DNA from: Candidatus Eiseniibacteriota bacterium
Lineage (GTDB): Bacteria; Eisenbacteria; RBG-16-71-46; CAZAMP01
Assembly: GCA_965224245.1 (NCBI GenBank)
Contig: OZ245046.1
Coordinates: 672,001-736,000 of the forward strand
DNA length: 64,000 bases
Reading direction: 5' to 3'
Below are positions 9,529 through 19,814 of the stretch, in pieces. The position numbers were made by a program, and so were the translations under genes. The number at the start of each line of letters is the position of its first letter. The first letter of the stretch is position 1. The notes beneath the pieces were generated by a model, which did no database searches, was not told the DNA's origin, and saw only the letters and a program-made list of their open reading frames with translations.

Positions 9529-12009
9529 ATGCGATTCCCCGGTACCGGGTTGCTCGGATCTCCACTCACGCGCGCGTTGTTACGCCCCGTGCTCGTTCTG
9601 TTGGCTACAGTCGTCGGTGTCGGCTCGCCGCATCGGTCGACCGCCGACTGCGTCGACTACACCGGATACCTCCACACCGTCGGTGGACTCGTTCTGTCGG
9701 AGAGCCAGCCGACGACGGCAGTCGCCGTCGCCGGGGAGAACGCCTACGCGACGACGCACGGGACCTTCCACGTGGTCAGCCTGGCGGACCCGACGCTCCC
9801 TGTCGTGATCGGCACGGTACCGATCGCCGGTACGGTGGTGAGGGTGCGTCCATCGTCGCTGCACGCTTATCTTGCCTCTGGAGCAAACGGGTTGGAGATC
9901 GTAGATGTCTCCGATCCGACATCGCCGAAGCTGGTGGACACATACTCGACCGGCGGCAGCATCGGGGGAGTCGCGATCGCCGACGACATCGCCTGCCTGA
10001 CCGCGTATGGCGCAGGCATGATTCTGCTCGACGTCTCGAACCCCACCGCGCCGGTTCTCCTGGGAGAGGTGGACACGCCGGGAATCGCGATGGACGTCTC
10101 TCTGCGTGACGGGTATGCGTTCGTGGCTGAGGTGGACTCCGGGCTGACCGTCGTCGACGTCCGAGCACCGACCGTGCCCATGATCGTGGAGCGTTTCACG
10201 GACTACGGGACGACGGCCGTCCACGTGTCCGGCGGGCGCGCCTACGTTGCCACGGTTTCCGATGGGCTCGCGATACTGGACGTCACGGATCCCGCCGACG
10301 TCAGGCTCTCCGGCACTGTGGCCCCCGACTGGTCGTCATCGGTGAGTGGGGTCGCCGTTCGCGGTACGGATGTCTTCACGGTTGCCGGCGGGATCGGCAC
10401 CCTGGTCGCGATCGATGCCGCGGGCCCCACGGCGCCCTTCGTTACAGGAGTCCTCTACACAGGTGGGGCACTCGCCGCGAGTAGTCAGTACATCGTGACG
10501 GCTCGGATGTCGGTCGTCGACATTGCGTCGACGTCGGCACTGTCCCTCGAGGCGACGCTGGATCTCCCGTGCTCGGCGATGCTGGTGTCGGACGACGTGG
10601 CCTATCTCGTCGAGCAGGGAGAGGTGTGGGACCAGCGCGACGTGCAGGTTCTCGACATGGCCGAGCCGCTGTCACCCGCGGTCACGTCGACGGTCGACAC
10701 CCCCGGCGAGGCCCGGGACTTCGTTCTGTCCGGGGAGCGACTGTACGTCGCCGACGGGACAGGGGGACTCGCGATCGTCAACGTGTCCATTCCGACAGCC
10801 GCTTACCTGGAGGGAAGCGTCGACGAGATGCCGGGCATCGCCGAGGAGATAGCGCTATCGGGGACGGTCGCGTACGTGACCCAGTTCGACCTGCCTCCGA
10901 CCTCCCTGCACGTGTTCAACGTCGCGAATCCCACGGCGCCACTTCACGTTCGGTGGGTCGAGACCCCGGGGCTCCCCAGTGCGATGGCCACGGTCGCGGG
11001 GCACTTGCTGGTCGGTGACACAGCCGAAGGGCTCGTGGTGATGAGCCTCTCGAACCCACTGGATCCGACCATCGTTCACACTGTCGAGCTCCCAGCCGCG
11101 TGGCGCGTCGGCGACATTCTCGTCGACGGGGGAACCGCCTATGTCACCGCCGACGAGGCCGGCATCTACGTCGTGGACGTGTCGGACCCCGTAGCGGCCA
11201 GCCTCCTGGCCCGTGTGCCGACGGTGCAGCCGGCGTTGGAGCTGGCGCTGGAGGGTTCAATCCTGTACGTCAGCCTGCAGTTCGGCGGCCTGATGCTGTT
11301 CGACGTCTCGGATCCGGCGCGACCGGTACGGAGCGGGGAGACGGTCCTCGTGCCCGAGCAATGGATCGTAGACGTTGCGCTATCGCACGACTACGTCTAC
11401 GCCCCAACCGGGGACTCATTGGTGGTGTTTCCCAGGCATTGCTCTGACAACACCCCTGTCCTGGTGGAACACACGGAGGTCACGGTGGCGCGCGATGCGG
11501 TGGTCGTCGAGTGGAGTACCGGGGACACCCGGGATGTCCTGGGATTCGATCTGATCCGCCGCGACGTCACCTCGAGCGAGGAGCACGTCGTTAACGACGT
11601 GCAGCTTCCGCCGACGGGCCGTCATCGTGTCGAGGATCGAACCGTGGTCGCCGGGCGTGTCTATCATTACTTCATCGAGTGCGTTCTCCGGAGTCTCTCA
11701 CGGAACCGCATCGGCCCTCTGGTGGCAAGCGTTCCCGATGAGGTGATCCCGATCGTGCACCCGAACCCGTTCGCGAGCGCCGTGGCGTTCTCGCTCCCAC
11801 GCGCGGCGAGCGACGTCTCGGTACACGTGTACGACGTGCTGGGTCGTGTCGTCCGGCACTTCGAGTCGATTGCGGCGGGGACGGCGGAGCTCGTTTGGGA
11901 TGGACGTGACGACCGGGGCTTCTCGCTGGCCGCGGGCACCTACTACGCTGACCTGACCGTCGATGGTCGGTCCCACGTCGTCCGCGTCGTTCTCGATCCC
12001 CGTCAGTGA
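9529..12009 (+). CDS. Secreted LVIVD-repeat beta-propeller protein with FlgD-Ig/T9SS-like CTD
   Basis: Repeated AYV....GL.I.DVS.P..P units. C-terminal HPNPF...YDVLGRVVR...WDGRDDRG...GTYY. GGGAGG before ATG 9529. Confidence 0.85.
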   Translation: MRFPGTGLLGSPLTRALLRPVLVLLATVVGVGSPHRSTADCVDYTGYLHTVGGLVLSESQPTTAVAVAGENAYATTHGTFHVVSLADPTLPVVIGTVPIAGTVVRVRPSSLHAYLASGANGLEIVDVSDPTSPKLVDTYSTGGSIGGVAIADDIACLTAYGAGMILLDVSNPTAPVLLGEVDTPGIAMDVSLRDGYAFVAEVDSGLTVVDVRAPTVPMIVERFTDYGTTAVHVSGGRAYVATVSDGLAILDVTDPADVRLSGTVAPDWSSSVSGVAVRGTDVFTVAGGIGTLVAIDAAGPTAPFVTGVLYTGGALAASSQYIVTARMSVVDIASTSALSLEATLDLPCSAMLVSDDVAYLVEQGEVWDQRDVQVLDMAEPLSPAVTSTVDTPGEARDFVLSGERLYVADGTGGLAIVNVSIPTAAYLEGSVDEMPGIAEEIALSGTVAYVTQFDLPPTSLHVFNVANPTAPLHVRWVETPGLPSAMATVAGHLLVGDTAEGLVVMSLSNPLDPTIVHTVELPAAWRVGDILVDGGTAYVTADEAGIYVVDVSDPVAASLLARVPTVQPALELALEGSILYVSLQFGGLMLFDVSDPARPVRSGETVLVPEQWIVDVALSHDYVYAPTGDSLVVFPRHCSDNTPVLVEHTEVTVARDAVVVEWSTGDTRDVLGFDLIRRDVTSSEEHVVNDVQLPPTGRHRVEDRTVVAGRVYHYFIECVLRSLSRNRIGPLVASVPDEVIPIVHPNPFASAVAFSLPRAASDVSVHVYDVLGRVVRHFESIAAGTAELVWDGRDDRGFSLAAGTYYADLTVDGRSHVVRVVLDPRQ

Positions 12010-12033
12010 GGTCGCAGGCGCCGTATCGTCGTC

Positions 12034-13644
12034 TCACTCCGACGGAATCATGACCCACGGATGGACCCGACCACTCTCGCTCACACTCCCGACGAGCGTC
12101 TCGCCACGGATCGTGGCCTCGAACGCGATCATCTCCTCGCCGTTCGGGAAGTCGAAGCGGATCGACGATCCATGGCAGTGCACGTTCGTCAACGGCAGCC
12201 CGGCGACGCCCTCACCCGGAAAGTCGATCGTCCCCGTCCACTCCTCATCCATTTGACCGAGCTCGACCCCGATGTCGTAGTCGAGTACTCGTCCGGTCCA
12301 GCGCCCGGCCGGTGACCGACCGTTCGCGGCCGAGAGGAGCGCAAGAACAGCCTCCAGCGCCGCGTCGCGGCCCGCCCGCCCGTCGGCCGAGGTCTCGATA
12401 GCCGGGATGTGGGGCTCCAGCGACTCTCGTGAGTCCTTCGGTCCCGCGTACTGCCAGTACAGCGTCGAGACGCGGAGCGTGAGACCGGTGTTGGGCAACC
12501 GGATCTTCCGGGAGTCCCCGAAGTGGTTCGGCCTCGCACCCGTGGGCTCGCCCACGAAGATCGCGCTCGTGTGCGTCTCGAGATCGAGCGCGAACATCAT
12601 GGCCGCCGAGAAGGTGTTCCGACCGATCAGCACGAACAGCCGGCCGGGCGGATCCAGCGCGCGACATCGGATCAGCGCGTGCAGGAACGAGCGGTTCAGG
12701 GAGTTGTCGCCGCCGCGATTGAACCGGAGGTCCAGCACGAGTGCGGCCGCCTTCGTCGATTCGACGACACCGGTGAGGCGGGTGGCGAACGCGGCGATCG
12801 TCTCGTCCTCCTCGTCGTAGACCTCGTCGTACTGGCCGTACACGACGTTCGGCTCGTCGAGCACCTCGAACCAGAAGTTGCGGTCCGGATGCCCGTCGCG
12901 GAGCGGCGAGACACCCGAGAGCGAGCTCGCGCTCACCCACTCGGCGGCGGTGCCCTCCGGAACCGGCGACAGCACGACGGTGTGTCGGTCGCCGTCGGCG
13001 GACGAGAGCGCGAGGCGCACGTGGCCGGGGTCCTCGACGATTCCGAGCGCGTGAAGGAGCTCGGGCAGGACCAGGCGAGAGGGAAGCAGAGCGCGGCGCT
13101 GATGGTCGTTGTCGTGGTGAACGACGCGTGAGACCCGCGTCACGACCTCGTCGATGGGCACGCCGCCGATGCCCTCCACGCGGGCGCCCAGATCGCCGGC
13201 GTGCTCGCGGCCGATCTCGTGCACGAACAGGCCGTCGGCGAACGCGGCCAGCCGCACCGGGAGGTAGCGAAACCGCATGGCCGGGAACGCCGGCGGGGGA
13301 GTCGGCGAGTGGCCGGTGAAGAACCCGCTGCCGTCGACGATGGGCAGGGTCAGTCGCGTGTGGCCGTCCCCGACGGCGGCCACGATGGCGGCCAGCTCCA
13401 CGATGAGCTCGTGATGGGACATCGACGGTGTCCGCGCGATGAGGGTGTCGATCGATGCGTCGAACGCATCGCGGGTCATCGCGTGGAAGAGGTCGGGGTG
13501 TACGTCGGGCATCCGCTCGCGGACGAACCGAAGGTCCTCGGCCCAGGCCGCCGCGTGGTCGGGGGACACGACGTCGCCCCTCGCGGAGTCGCTCGCGAGG
13601 ACGAAGCCGAAGAGGAAGCACGTGAGGGCGTGGCGGATCGTCAT
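12034..13644 (-). CDS. Secreted S41-family peptidase-like protein
   Basis: Signal peptide. DGHT, LDLRFNRGG, LIGRNTFSAA and FVGEPTG motifs. Confidence 0.75.
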   Translation of the reverse strand: MTIRHALTCFLFGFVLASDSARGDVVSPDHAAAWAEDLRFVRERMPDVHPDLFHAMTRDAFDASIDTLIARTPSMSHHELIVELAAIVAAVGDGHTRLTLPIVDGSGFFTGHSPTPPPAFPAMRFRYLPVRLAAFADGLFVHEIGREHAGDLGARVEGIGGVPIDEVVTRVSRVVHHDNDHQRRALLPSRLVLPELLHALGIVEDPGHVRLALSSADGDRHTVVLSPVPEGTAAEWVSASSLSGVSPLRDGHPDRNFWFEVLDEPNVVYGQYDEVYDEEDETIAAFATRLTGVVESTKAAALVLDLRFNRGGDNSLNRSFLHALIRCRALDPPGRLFVLIGRNTFSAAMMFALDLETHTSAIFVGEPTGARPNHFGDSRKIRLPNTGLTLRVSTLYWQYAGPKDSRESLEPHIPAIETSADGRAGRDAALEAVLALLSAANGRSPAGRWTGRVLDYDIGVELGQMDEEWTGTIDFPGEGVAGLPLTNVHCHGSSIRFDFPNGEEMIAFEATIRGETLVGSVSESGRVHPWVMIPSE

Positions 13645-13674
13645 GCGGACAGGACGTCCGACCCGCCCCGGAAG

Positions 13675-15264
13675 TTACACCACCTCCACGGAGTCCGGAC
13701 CGGCCGGTGACGGCGGGCCGGCGCGCGGCGTCCGGGGGATCACGATGGTGAAGGTCGAGCCCCTGCCGAGATCGCTCTCGACCTGTATCCGGCCCCCGTG
13801 GCGGCGCATGATGTCGTAGCAGATCGAGAGACCCAGGCTGGAGCCGATGCGGTCGGCCCGTCCCACGAAGCGGGGCTCGAAGATGTGGTCCAGCTGGTCC
13901 TGGGGGATGCCGCAGCCGGTGTCCCCGATCGTCACCGAGACCGCGTCGCCGTCCCGACACGTCCGGATCGTGATCCGGCCCGAGTCCGTGATGGCCTGCG
14001 ACGCGTTGCGCAGGACGTTCAGAAACACCTGGTTCAGCTGCCGCGGATGGCACACCACGGGACCGACGTCACCATACTCCCTGACCACGTCGATCCGATC
14101 TCGGAGCTCGTGCCCGAGCAGCGTCAGCGCGCTGTCGATCCCCTCGTGGATGTCGCACGCCTTGAGGTCGGCCTCGTCGAGACGGGTGAACGAGCGGAGG
14201 CTCTCGACGATGCCGGCGACGCGATCGTTGCCGGCACAGATCACGCGGCTGGCGTCACGGATGACGCGCAGAATCGTCTCCAGAGCCGGATCCGGAGCCG
14301 CACCGGCTCCGCCGCTCGCGAGGTGTCGCTGGAGCTTCGCGACAGCGGAGTCGAGCGTGTCGCACATGCTTCCGATCGCGCCGACCGGAGAGTTGATCTC
14401 GTGCGCGATCCCCCGGACCAGCTTGCCGAGCGCGGCCATCCGCTCGGACTGGATCAGATGCGCTTCCTTCTCCCGGAGCTCGCGATGCGCACGTTCGAGG
14501 TCGAGCTGGACTCGCTTCTTCTCGGTGATGTCCCGGGCGATACCGATGAAGTGGGTCACGCCGCCGTCGCGGTCCTTCAGGCAGGACGCATTGGACGTGT
14601 GCCAGCGCCAGCTCCCGTTCGCGTGCCGGACCCGGTACTCGATCCCCCCGCGCTTCTTCCCGGTCTCGAGCACGGTGTTCAGAAACGTGTAGCAGGCATC
14701 CAGATCGTCGGCGTGGACGAGCGGGGCGAACGGCTCGCCCACGATGTCCGACACGTCGTGACCCAGCACCTCGGTCCAGTTCGGGGAGACGTACGTGAAG
14801 ACCCCCGGGGGGGTCAGCACGTAGATGATGTCGTTCGCGTTCTCGACCAGGCTCCGAAAGCGCTCCTCGCTTCGCCTGAGCGATTCCTCGGCCCACTTGC
14901 GATCGGTGATGTCGTTCAGGCCGGTCACGAGGACGTCTTCGCCGCGCAGCCGGGTCGCGACGATCGAGGCCAGCGCCCATCGCTCGCGTCCGTGCGCCTC
15001 GCGGAGGCGGAGCTCGCGGTTGCCGATCCGTCCGCACCGTTCGATCTCCTCGAGGAGCGTCTGCCGGTCTCCGGGGTCGGCGTAGAACTCCGGCGTCTTC
15101 TGTCCGATGACCTCGGTGGCGGGGACGCCGCCGAACGCGGCGGCACCCTCGTTCGCGTACAGGACGGTGCCGTCGGACCGGCGGCTGATGAGGAGAGGGA
15201 ACGGTGCGGCATCGAGGATCGTGCGCACCACGTCCTGGTCGTCGGTCGGGGGCGCACCCGCCAA
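13675..15264 (-). CDS. Soluble PAS-PAS sensor histidine kinase (orphan)
   Basis: Two PAS/PAC domains (DITDRK, RDITEKK), H-box IAHEINSP, N-box NVLRNA, DTGCGI. GAGGAGG before the TTG start. Confidence 0.9.
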   Translation of the reverse strand: MAGAPPTDDQDVVRTILDAAPFPLLISRRSDGTVLYANEGAAAFGGVPATEVIGQKTPEFYADPGDRQTLLEEIERCGRIGNRELRLREAHGRERWALASIVATRLRGEDVLVTGLNDITDRKWAEESLRRSEERFRSLVENANDIIYVLTPPGVFTYVSPNWTEVLGHDVSDIVGEPFAPLVHADDLDACYTFLNTVLETGKKRGGIEYRVRHANGSWRWHTSNASCLKDRDGGVTHFIGIARDITEKKRVQLDLERAHRELREKEAHLIQSERMAALGKLVRGIAHEINSPVGAIGSMCDTLDSAVAKLQRHLASGGAGAAPDPALETILRVIRDASRVICAGNDRVAGIVESLRSFTRLDEADLKACDIHEGIDSALTLLGHELRDRIDVVREYGDVGPVVCHPRQLNQVFLNVLRNASQAITDSGRITIRTCRDGDAVSVTIGDTGCGIPQDQLDHIFEPRFVGRADRIGSSLGLSICYDIMRRHGGRIQVESDLGRGSTFTIVIPRTPRAGPPSPAGPDSVEVV

Positions 15265-15316
15265 GGCGACCTCCTCGGGTTCGCGGTACGGCGCGAAGCC
15301 GTCACCGACGGTCGGA

Positions 15317-16198
15317 CTAGCGGAGGATCACGACGCGTGCGGACGTGACCGTCCCCCGGGCCTCGATCTCGACGAGATAGATCCCGCTCGGGAGCCGCCG
15401 GCCGTCCCGATCGTGGGTGTCGAGCACGAACGCGTGCACGCCCGCGCCGACCGATGTCTCGTGCGCGGCCGAGACCCGCCGTCCCGCCGGGTCGATGACC
15501 CGGATGGTCACGTCTCCGGGAGCCGACAGCGCGTAGACGATCTCCGCGCGCGTTCCGATCGCCGGGTTCGGCGTGACCGACAGGACCGACAGCACGTCCG
15601 GTGCGTCGGCGACGTCTCCGACCCCGACCGAGATGCAGTCCGAATCGCCCTCGTCGTAGGCGAGGTCACCGTCGTTGTCCAGCCCCAGACCGTCGCCGTC
15701 CCAGTCCTCGCCGTCGGGTGGCATCGGGGAGCACGGCTCCTTGACGTTCACGTCGTCGCGGAGATAGTGAACGGGACGGACGTCCTCAGGCAGCGGCACC
15801 GGGTCGCCGGGGTGGCAGTTCGCGCAGCGGAGCCCGTTCATGTCGGGCGGCACCCCGCTGGCCGTATGGTGGAGCCGAAGGCCGGCGCCCCAGCCCAGGT
15901 CGGTCCCGTTGTCGCGTCCATGACAGCCGCGGCAGCTCTGGGCCCCCGCGGCGCCGCCCTCGCTCGTGCGCGGATTGTCCCCGACCGACACGTGACAGAG
16001 CAGACACTCGGACGTCATCTGGTCGGGGCCGACGTGAAGGTCGTGGAGTGGACCCCGGCTGATGAATCCCGGATGACAGTCGGCGCATCCGCGCATCCCG
16101 CCCTGAGCCTCGTAGCGTTCGTAGCCGTCGGACGGGGTGGTGACGACCAGGACGAGCAGCAGTCCGGCCGAGACCCCGAGCCTAGAGAGCGCGCGCAC
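15317..16198 (-). CDS. Secreted tetraheme c-type cytochrome with acidic Ca-binding-like loop and FlgD-Ig/T9SS-like CTD
   Basis: Signal peptide. CADCH, CLLCH, CRGCH and CANCH. DWDGDGLGLDNDGD loop. TPNP...DPAGRRV...DGRRLPSGIY CTD. Confidence 0.85.
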   Translation of the reverse strand: MRALSRLGVSAGLLLVLVVTTPSDGYERYEAQGGMRGCADCHPGFISRGPLHDLHVGPDQMTSECLLCHVSVGDNPRTSEGGAAGAQSCRGCHGRDNGTDLGWGAGLRLHHTASGVPPDMNGLRCANCHPGDPVPLPEDVRPVHYLRDDVNVKEPCSPMPPDGEDWDGDGLGLDNDGDLAYDEGDSDCISVGVGDVADAPDVLSVLSVTPNPAIGTRAEIVYALSAPGDVTIRVIDPAGRRVSAAHETSVGAGVHAFVLDTHDRDGRRLPSGIYLVEIEARGTVTSARVVILR

Positions 16199-16327
16199 GG
16201 CAGCCTCCGAGGTTCGAGTGGATTCCGCAGACGGGGCCGACCAAGCTTAGCGGGAGGCTCCAGGAGAGCGGCGTAAGGGGTTTCCGAACATCTCGTGCGG
16301 ACTATGTCGTCGTGTCGCCGTCGACCC

Positions 16328-18778
16328 TCAGCGGAGCACGACGAAAGCTCGTGAGGCGGCGTCGCCGGCGCGCACGAAGTAGACGCCGGCCGCGACGTCG
16401 AGCCCGGCCCGGTCGCGACGATCCCAGAGCGCACCGTCACGCGTCGCGGGCAGCACGCGCACCAGCCGGCCGCGCGCGTCGTGGATTCGAAACACGATCT
16501 CGGAGTCGTGCGAGCGCCCCGCGGCGACGAACCGGAGGCCGGTGCTCTCGGCGGTCACCAGGATCCGGGACGCCACGTCCACCGGCGGTGAGTCGGATGG
16601 CCCGGCATCGAGCATGCCGGGCGGTGTCGCGAGGAGCATCACCCACTCCGGCATGCCGGGCGCCTGACGGTGCCAGGTGACCGGAACCGTGCCGGACGGA
16701 CCGATCACGGTGCCGACCTCGCCGGCGGCCTCGACGTCGACGATCCGCCACGGCTCGCCGCTCGGAAGCCCGCGGATCTCGACCGTCGTCATCGTCTCAC
16801 CGTCGTCGCGAAAGAACGTGTAGATGCGGGCGCCGGACTCCAGTGCGATCGCGTGGGCTTCGGGCCGGTCGTAGGCGACGTCGTAGAGGTTCAGCACCTC
16901 GCCGCGCGCCATGTCGTAGCCACGGAGCCGGCCGAGCCACGTCTGCCAGCGGTCGAGCCCGAGATCGTGAGGCGACGTGTACATCGTCGTGAGGACGGCT
17001 CCCACGCCGACGCTGTTGGCGAACGTGCCGCTCAGGTCGTTGTAGTCGATCGGATCCAGATAGCCGTCGCCGACCGGAGCCCCCGGCCCCCGGAGCGCCT
17101 TGGAGAACTTGACCTTCTTGCGGACGTCGACGTCGGTGAAGGGGTCGGACGCGTCCTCGAGGTGGGCGTAGGGCATCTTGTACGGATCGTGCGGACCGGA
17201 GCACTCGCACAGGATGAGCGGCGCGTCGGGAGCCAGCGCCTGCACGGTCTCGTAGATCCCCCGGTACAGCTCGGGGACGGCCTCGACGGCGTCGATCGGA
17301 CGCGCATGCGCGTGCACGGCGTTGTAGCACGGCGGCACCGATCGGAGCGTGCTCCCGTCGAGGTAGATTCCGTCGAAGCCGTACGTGTCCAGGAACCGAA
17401 CGGCCGTGCCGACGATCTCCTCTCGCGCGGGCGGGTACGCCGGACACAGGAATCGATGCGAGCGATCGGTCAGCGGATAGGTGCCGTCGGCGTCCCGGAC
17501 GAGGTACGAGATCGGGATCCCGCAGCCGCTCTCCCAGGCGATCGGATACCACCACGTGTGGATGTCGAACCGCTCGTTCGCGACTCCCCACTGCGCGGTG
17601 TGGACGCTCGAGACGAAGTCCACCAGGTCCGGTTCGCCGGCTGGGAACTTGCCGGGCGCCGTGTTCGGCCGCCACGAGCCGTAGAGATCGAACCAGCCGT
17701 CATCCAGCGCGATCCACGTGATGCCGAGATCGGCGAGCCCGTCCAGCACCCCGACCACGTCGTCGAGCGTGAAGTCGAGGCCGAAGCCCCAGCTCTTCCA
17801 GTACGGCTCGTAGACACGGTCCGGCCAGGGGCCGAACGTCTTCAGCCCGGCGTCCTCGAGCACGGCCTGCAGCATGAGACCGTACCGCCGAGCGGCATCG
17901 AAGTAGTCGCCCCGGTGAGCGACGGCCGCGGTCAGGATGGTCGAGACCGATTCACCGGGCTCGAGCGACTCCGGGAACTGACCGTGGCTCCCGGCGGTCG
18001 GCTGTACGATGGAGACGGCCACCCGTCCGTCGCCGAGAACGCGACAGGGCAGGCCGATGGCACGCGGCCCGGGCTCGAGGCTCATCAGCGCCACGCCGGT
18101 CTCTGCCCCTCGCACGTCGATGAACGGCTGACCGCCACGTCCCTCCGCGTCCGGGCTCACCAGGTCGTTCGCGCGCGAGAACCCCGGTGACAGCGGGACG
18201 TCGAGCCACCAGTCACGCCACTCGCGCGTCGTGGCCTGGACGCTGGTGAACGACCACGGCGCCTCGGCGGGATTGCTGAGCCGTCGATCCAGTCGCAGGT
18301 GGCCGCTGACGAGCGTGGCGATCTGGAGCGGTGTGTCCGCCGAGCCGTTCGCGAACGCGGCCTGCATGACCACGGCGTCGGGATGGTCGTCGTAAACGCG
18401 AAGCGTCAGCGTCTTCTCGATCGGCACGCCGAGCACCGGCGCCTGGCCGCGGAGAGTGAGGCCGAGACCGGAGCCGAAGTGGTCGGCGACGGGCTCGACG
18501 GTCACGCCACCGGGTACGAGAGGAAACAGCGTGTAGTCGGCGCTCCCCACGCGCACGTAGTGGGAGGGGCGCGCGGACACGTCGTCGGCTCGCGAGGTCA
18601 CGATCCGGGCCTCGTCCTCGCCGTCGATCGAGATCAGCCGTAGTCGCATGTCCGTGTCGACGACGACCTTCATGACCGGCGTCGACAGCACGTGCTCGCC
18701 GTCGACGACGGCGTGCTCCACCGCGCCCGTGGGCGCGGCGAGGAGAAACACGAGGGTGAGGAGCGAGTGACGACCCAT
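16328..18778 (-). CDS. Secreted alpha-galactosidase-like glycoside hydrolase (GH36/clan D) with CTD
   Basis: Signal peptide from MGRHSLL. WIALDDGW and GIYLDG motifs. DARGRLVR...WDRRD...GVYFV CTD. Confidence 0.8.
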   Translation of the reverse strand: MGRHSLLTLVFLLAAPTGAVEHAVVDGEHVLSTPVMKVVVDTDMRLRLISIDGEDEARIVTSRADDVSARPSHYVRVGSADYTLFPLVPGGVTVEPVADHFGSGLGLTLRGQAPVLGVPIEKTLTLRVYDDHPDAVVMQAAFANGSADTPLQIATLVSGHLRLDRRLSNPAEAPWSFTSVQATTREWRDWWLDVPLSPGFSRANDLVSPDAEGRGGQPFIDVRGAETGVALMSLEPGPRAIGLPCRVLGDGRVAVSIVQPTAGSHGQFPESLEPGESVSTILTAAVAHRGDYFDAARRYGLMLQAVLEDAGLKTFGPWPDRVYEPYWKSWGFGLDFTLDDVVGVLDGLADLGITWIALDDGWFDLYGSWRPNTAPGKFPAGEPDLVDFVSSVHTAQWGVANERFDIHTWWYPIAWESGCGIPISYLVRDADGTYPLTDRSHRFLCPAYPPAREEIVGTAVRFLDTYGFDGIYLDGSTLRSVPPCYNAVHAHARPIDAVEAVPELYRGIYETVQALAPDAPLILCECSGPHDPYKMPYAHLEDASDPFTDVDVRKKVKFSKALRGPGAPVGDGYLDPIDYNDLSGTFANSVGVGAVLTTMYTSPHDLGLDRWQTWLGRLRGYDMARGEVLNLYDVAYDRPEAHAIALESGARIYTFFRDDGETMTTVEIRGLPSGEPWRIVDVEAAGEVGTVIGPSGTVPVTWHRQAPGMPEWVMLLATPPGMLDAGPSDSPPVDVASRILVTAESTGLRFVAAGRSHDSEIVFRIHDARGRLVRVLPATRDGALWDRRDRAGLDVAAGVYFVRAGDAASRAFVVLR

Positions 18779-18870
18779 GTGTCGAGTGTACACGAACCGG
18801 GAGTCCGCGATCCACGCGGTAGCCGTGGCGCACCCGTTCGGCGCGGCGAGCGCGGTCGACGGCCGGTGGT

Positions 18871-19551
18871 CTACTCGAACAGCTTCGCCACGATCTGCTC
18901 CACCGGGCCGAGTCGCTCGCGTCGCGCCTCGAGGTCCTCGGCGAGGCGGCGAAGTCCGATGATCCGCTCGCTCGTCGATCCATCGAGCAGCTCGTTCGAC
19001 AGCATGGACAGCGATCGCGTGCCGGCGACGCTCGACATCAACGTGACCAGGATCCGGCAGTGCTCCTCGGGTGGCAATCCCTCGAGCGCGGCCTCGGGGT
19101 CCGCCATGAAGTCCGCGATGACCGGATCCAGGGCGGTCAGGGCCGCCACCCCCTCGGCCAGGTCGGCGTGGGCGTCGGCGCGCCGACCGAGGCGCAGCGC
19201 ACAGAACGCGGTTCCGCTCCACACCGGGGCGAAGAGCGGACGCAGCGCGTCCGGGGTGTCGAGCATCACGGCGCGGACGGAGTCGACGACGGTCATGCAC
19301 CCCGCGCGCTCGTCGTCACCGGCGCCGACCACTGCCGAGGTGATCGCGGAGAACGTGCGCATCGTGCTCGAGAACTCCTCGCAGGATGACGGAGGGTGAG
19401 CGGGAAACCGCTCCAGCAGCCGCTCCGCGAGCCTCCGCGACGAGTCGGCTCGATCAGTCGTGGGCGCGGAGGCTCCGCCGCGTGGCGCGGCGGCCATCGC
19501 GACGAGCGCGAGCATGCACAGCATCCGGCGGACGCCGGAGAATCCCTTCAT
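18871..19551 (-). CDS. Hypothetical exported helical protein
   Basis: Signal-peptide-like N-terminus (RRMLCMLALVAMAAA) and protein-like composition. No motif recognised; start uncertain. Confidence 0.55.
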   Translation of the reverse strand: MKGFSGVRRMLCMLALVAMAAAPRGGASAPTTDRADSSRRLAERLLERFPAHPPSSCEEFSSTMRTFSAITSAVVGAGDDERAGCMTVVDSVRAVMLDTPDALRPLFAPVWSGTAFCALRLGRRADAHADLAEGVAALTALDPVIADFMADPEAALEGLPPEEHCRILVTLMSSVAGTRSLSMLSNELLDGSTSERIIGLRRLAEDLEARRERLGPVEQIVAKLFE

Positions 19552-19814
19552 GGGCGATGTCTCCGCGGTGGGCAAACGTCGGTCGCTCGTCGCCCCCCCG
19601 GGTGGGGGCGCTCGCACGCCGAACGAGGGTTCGCATGTCTGCGCGCAGCATACACCGGTGCCCAGGTCCGTGACACGCGGGTCTGCGTTCACTCTCGTGA
19701 CGTTTGATTGCCCTTCACGTGAGGAAGCCGGGGCGCCGCGGGTGCTACGCTCTCTCCGCCGTCCGGACGTCTCCCGGGACGGCCTCGCGGATTCCGCGAT
19801 CGAGGAGCGTTCTC

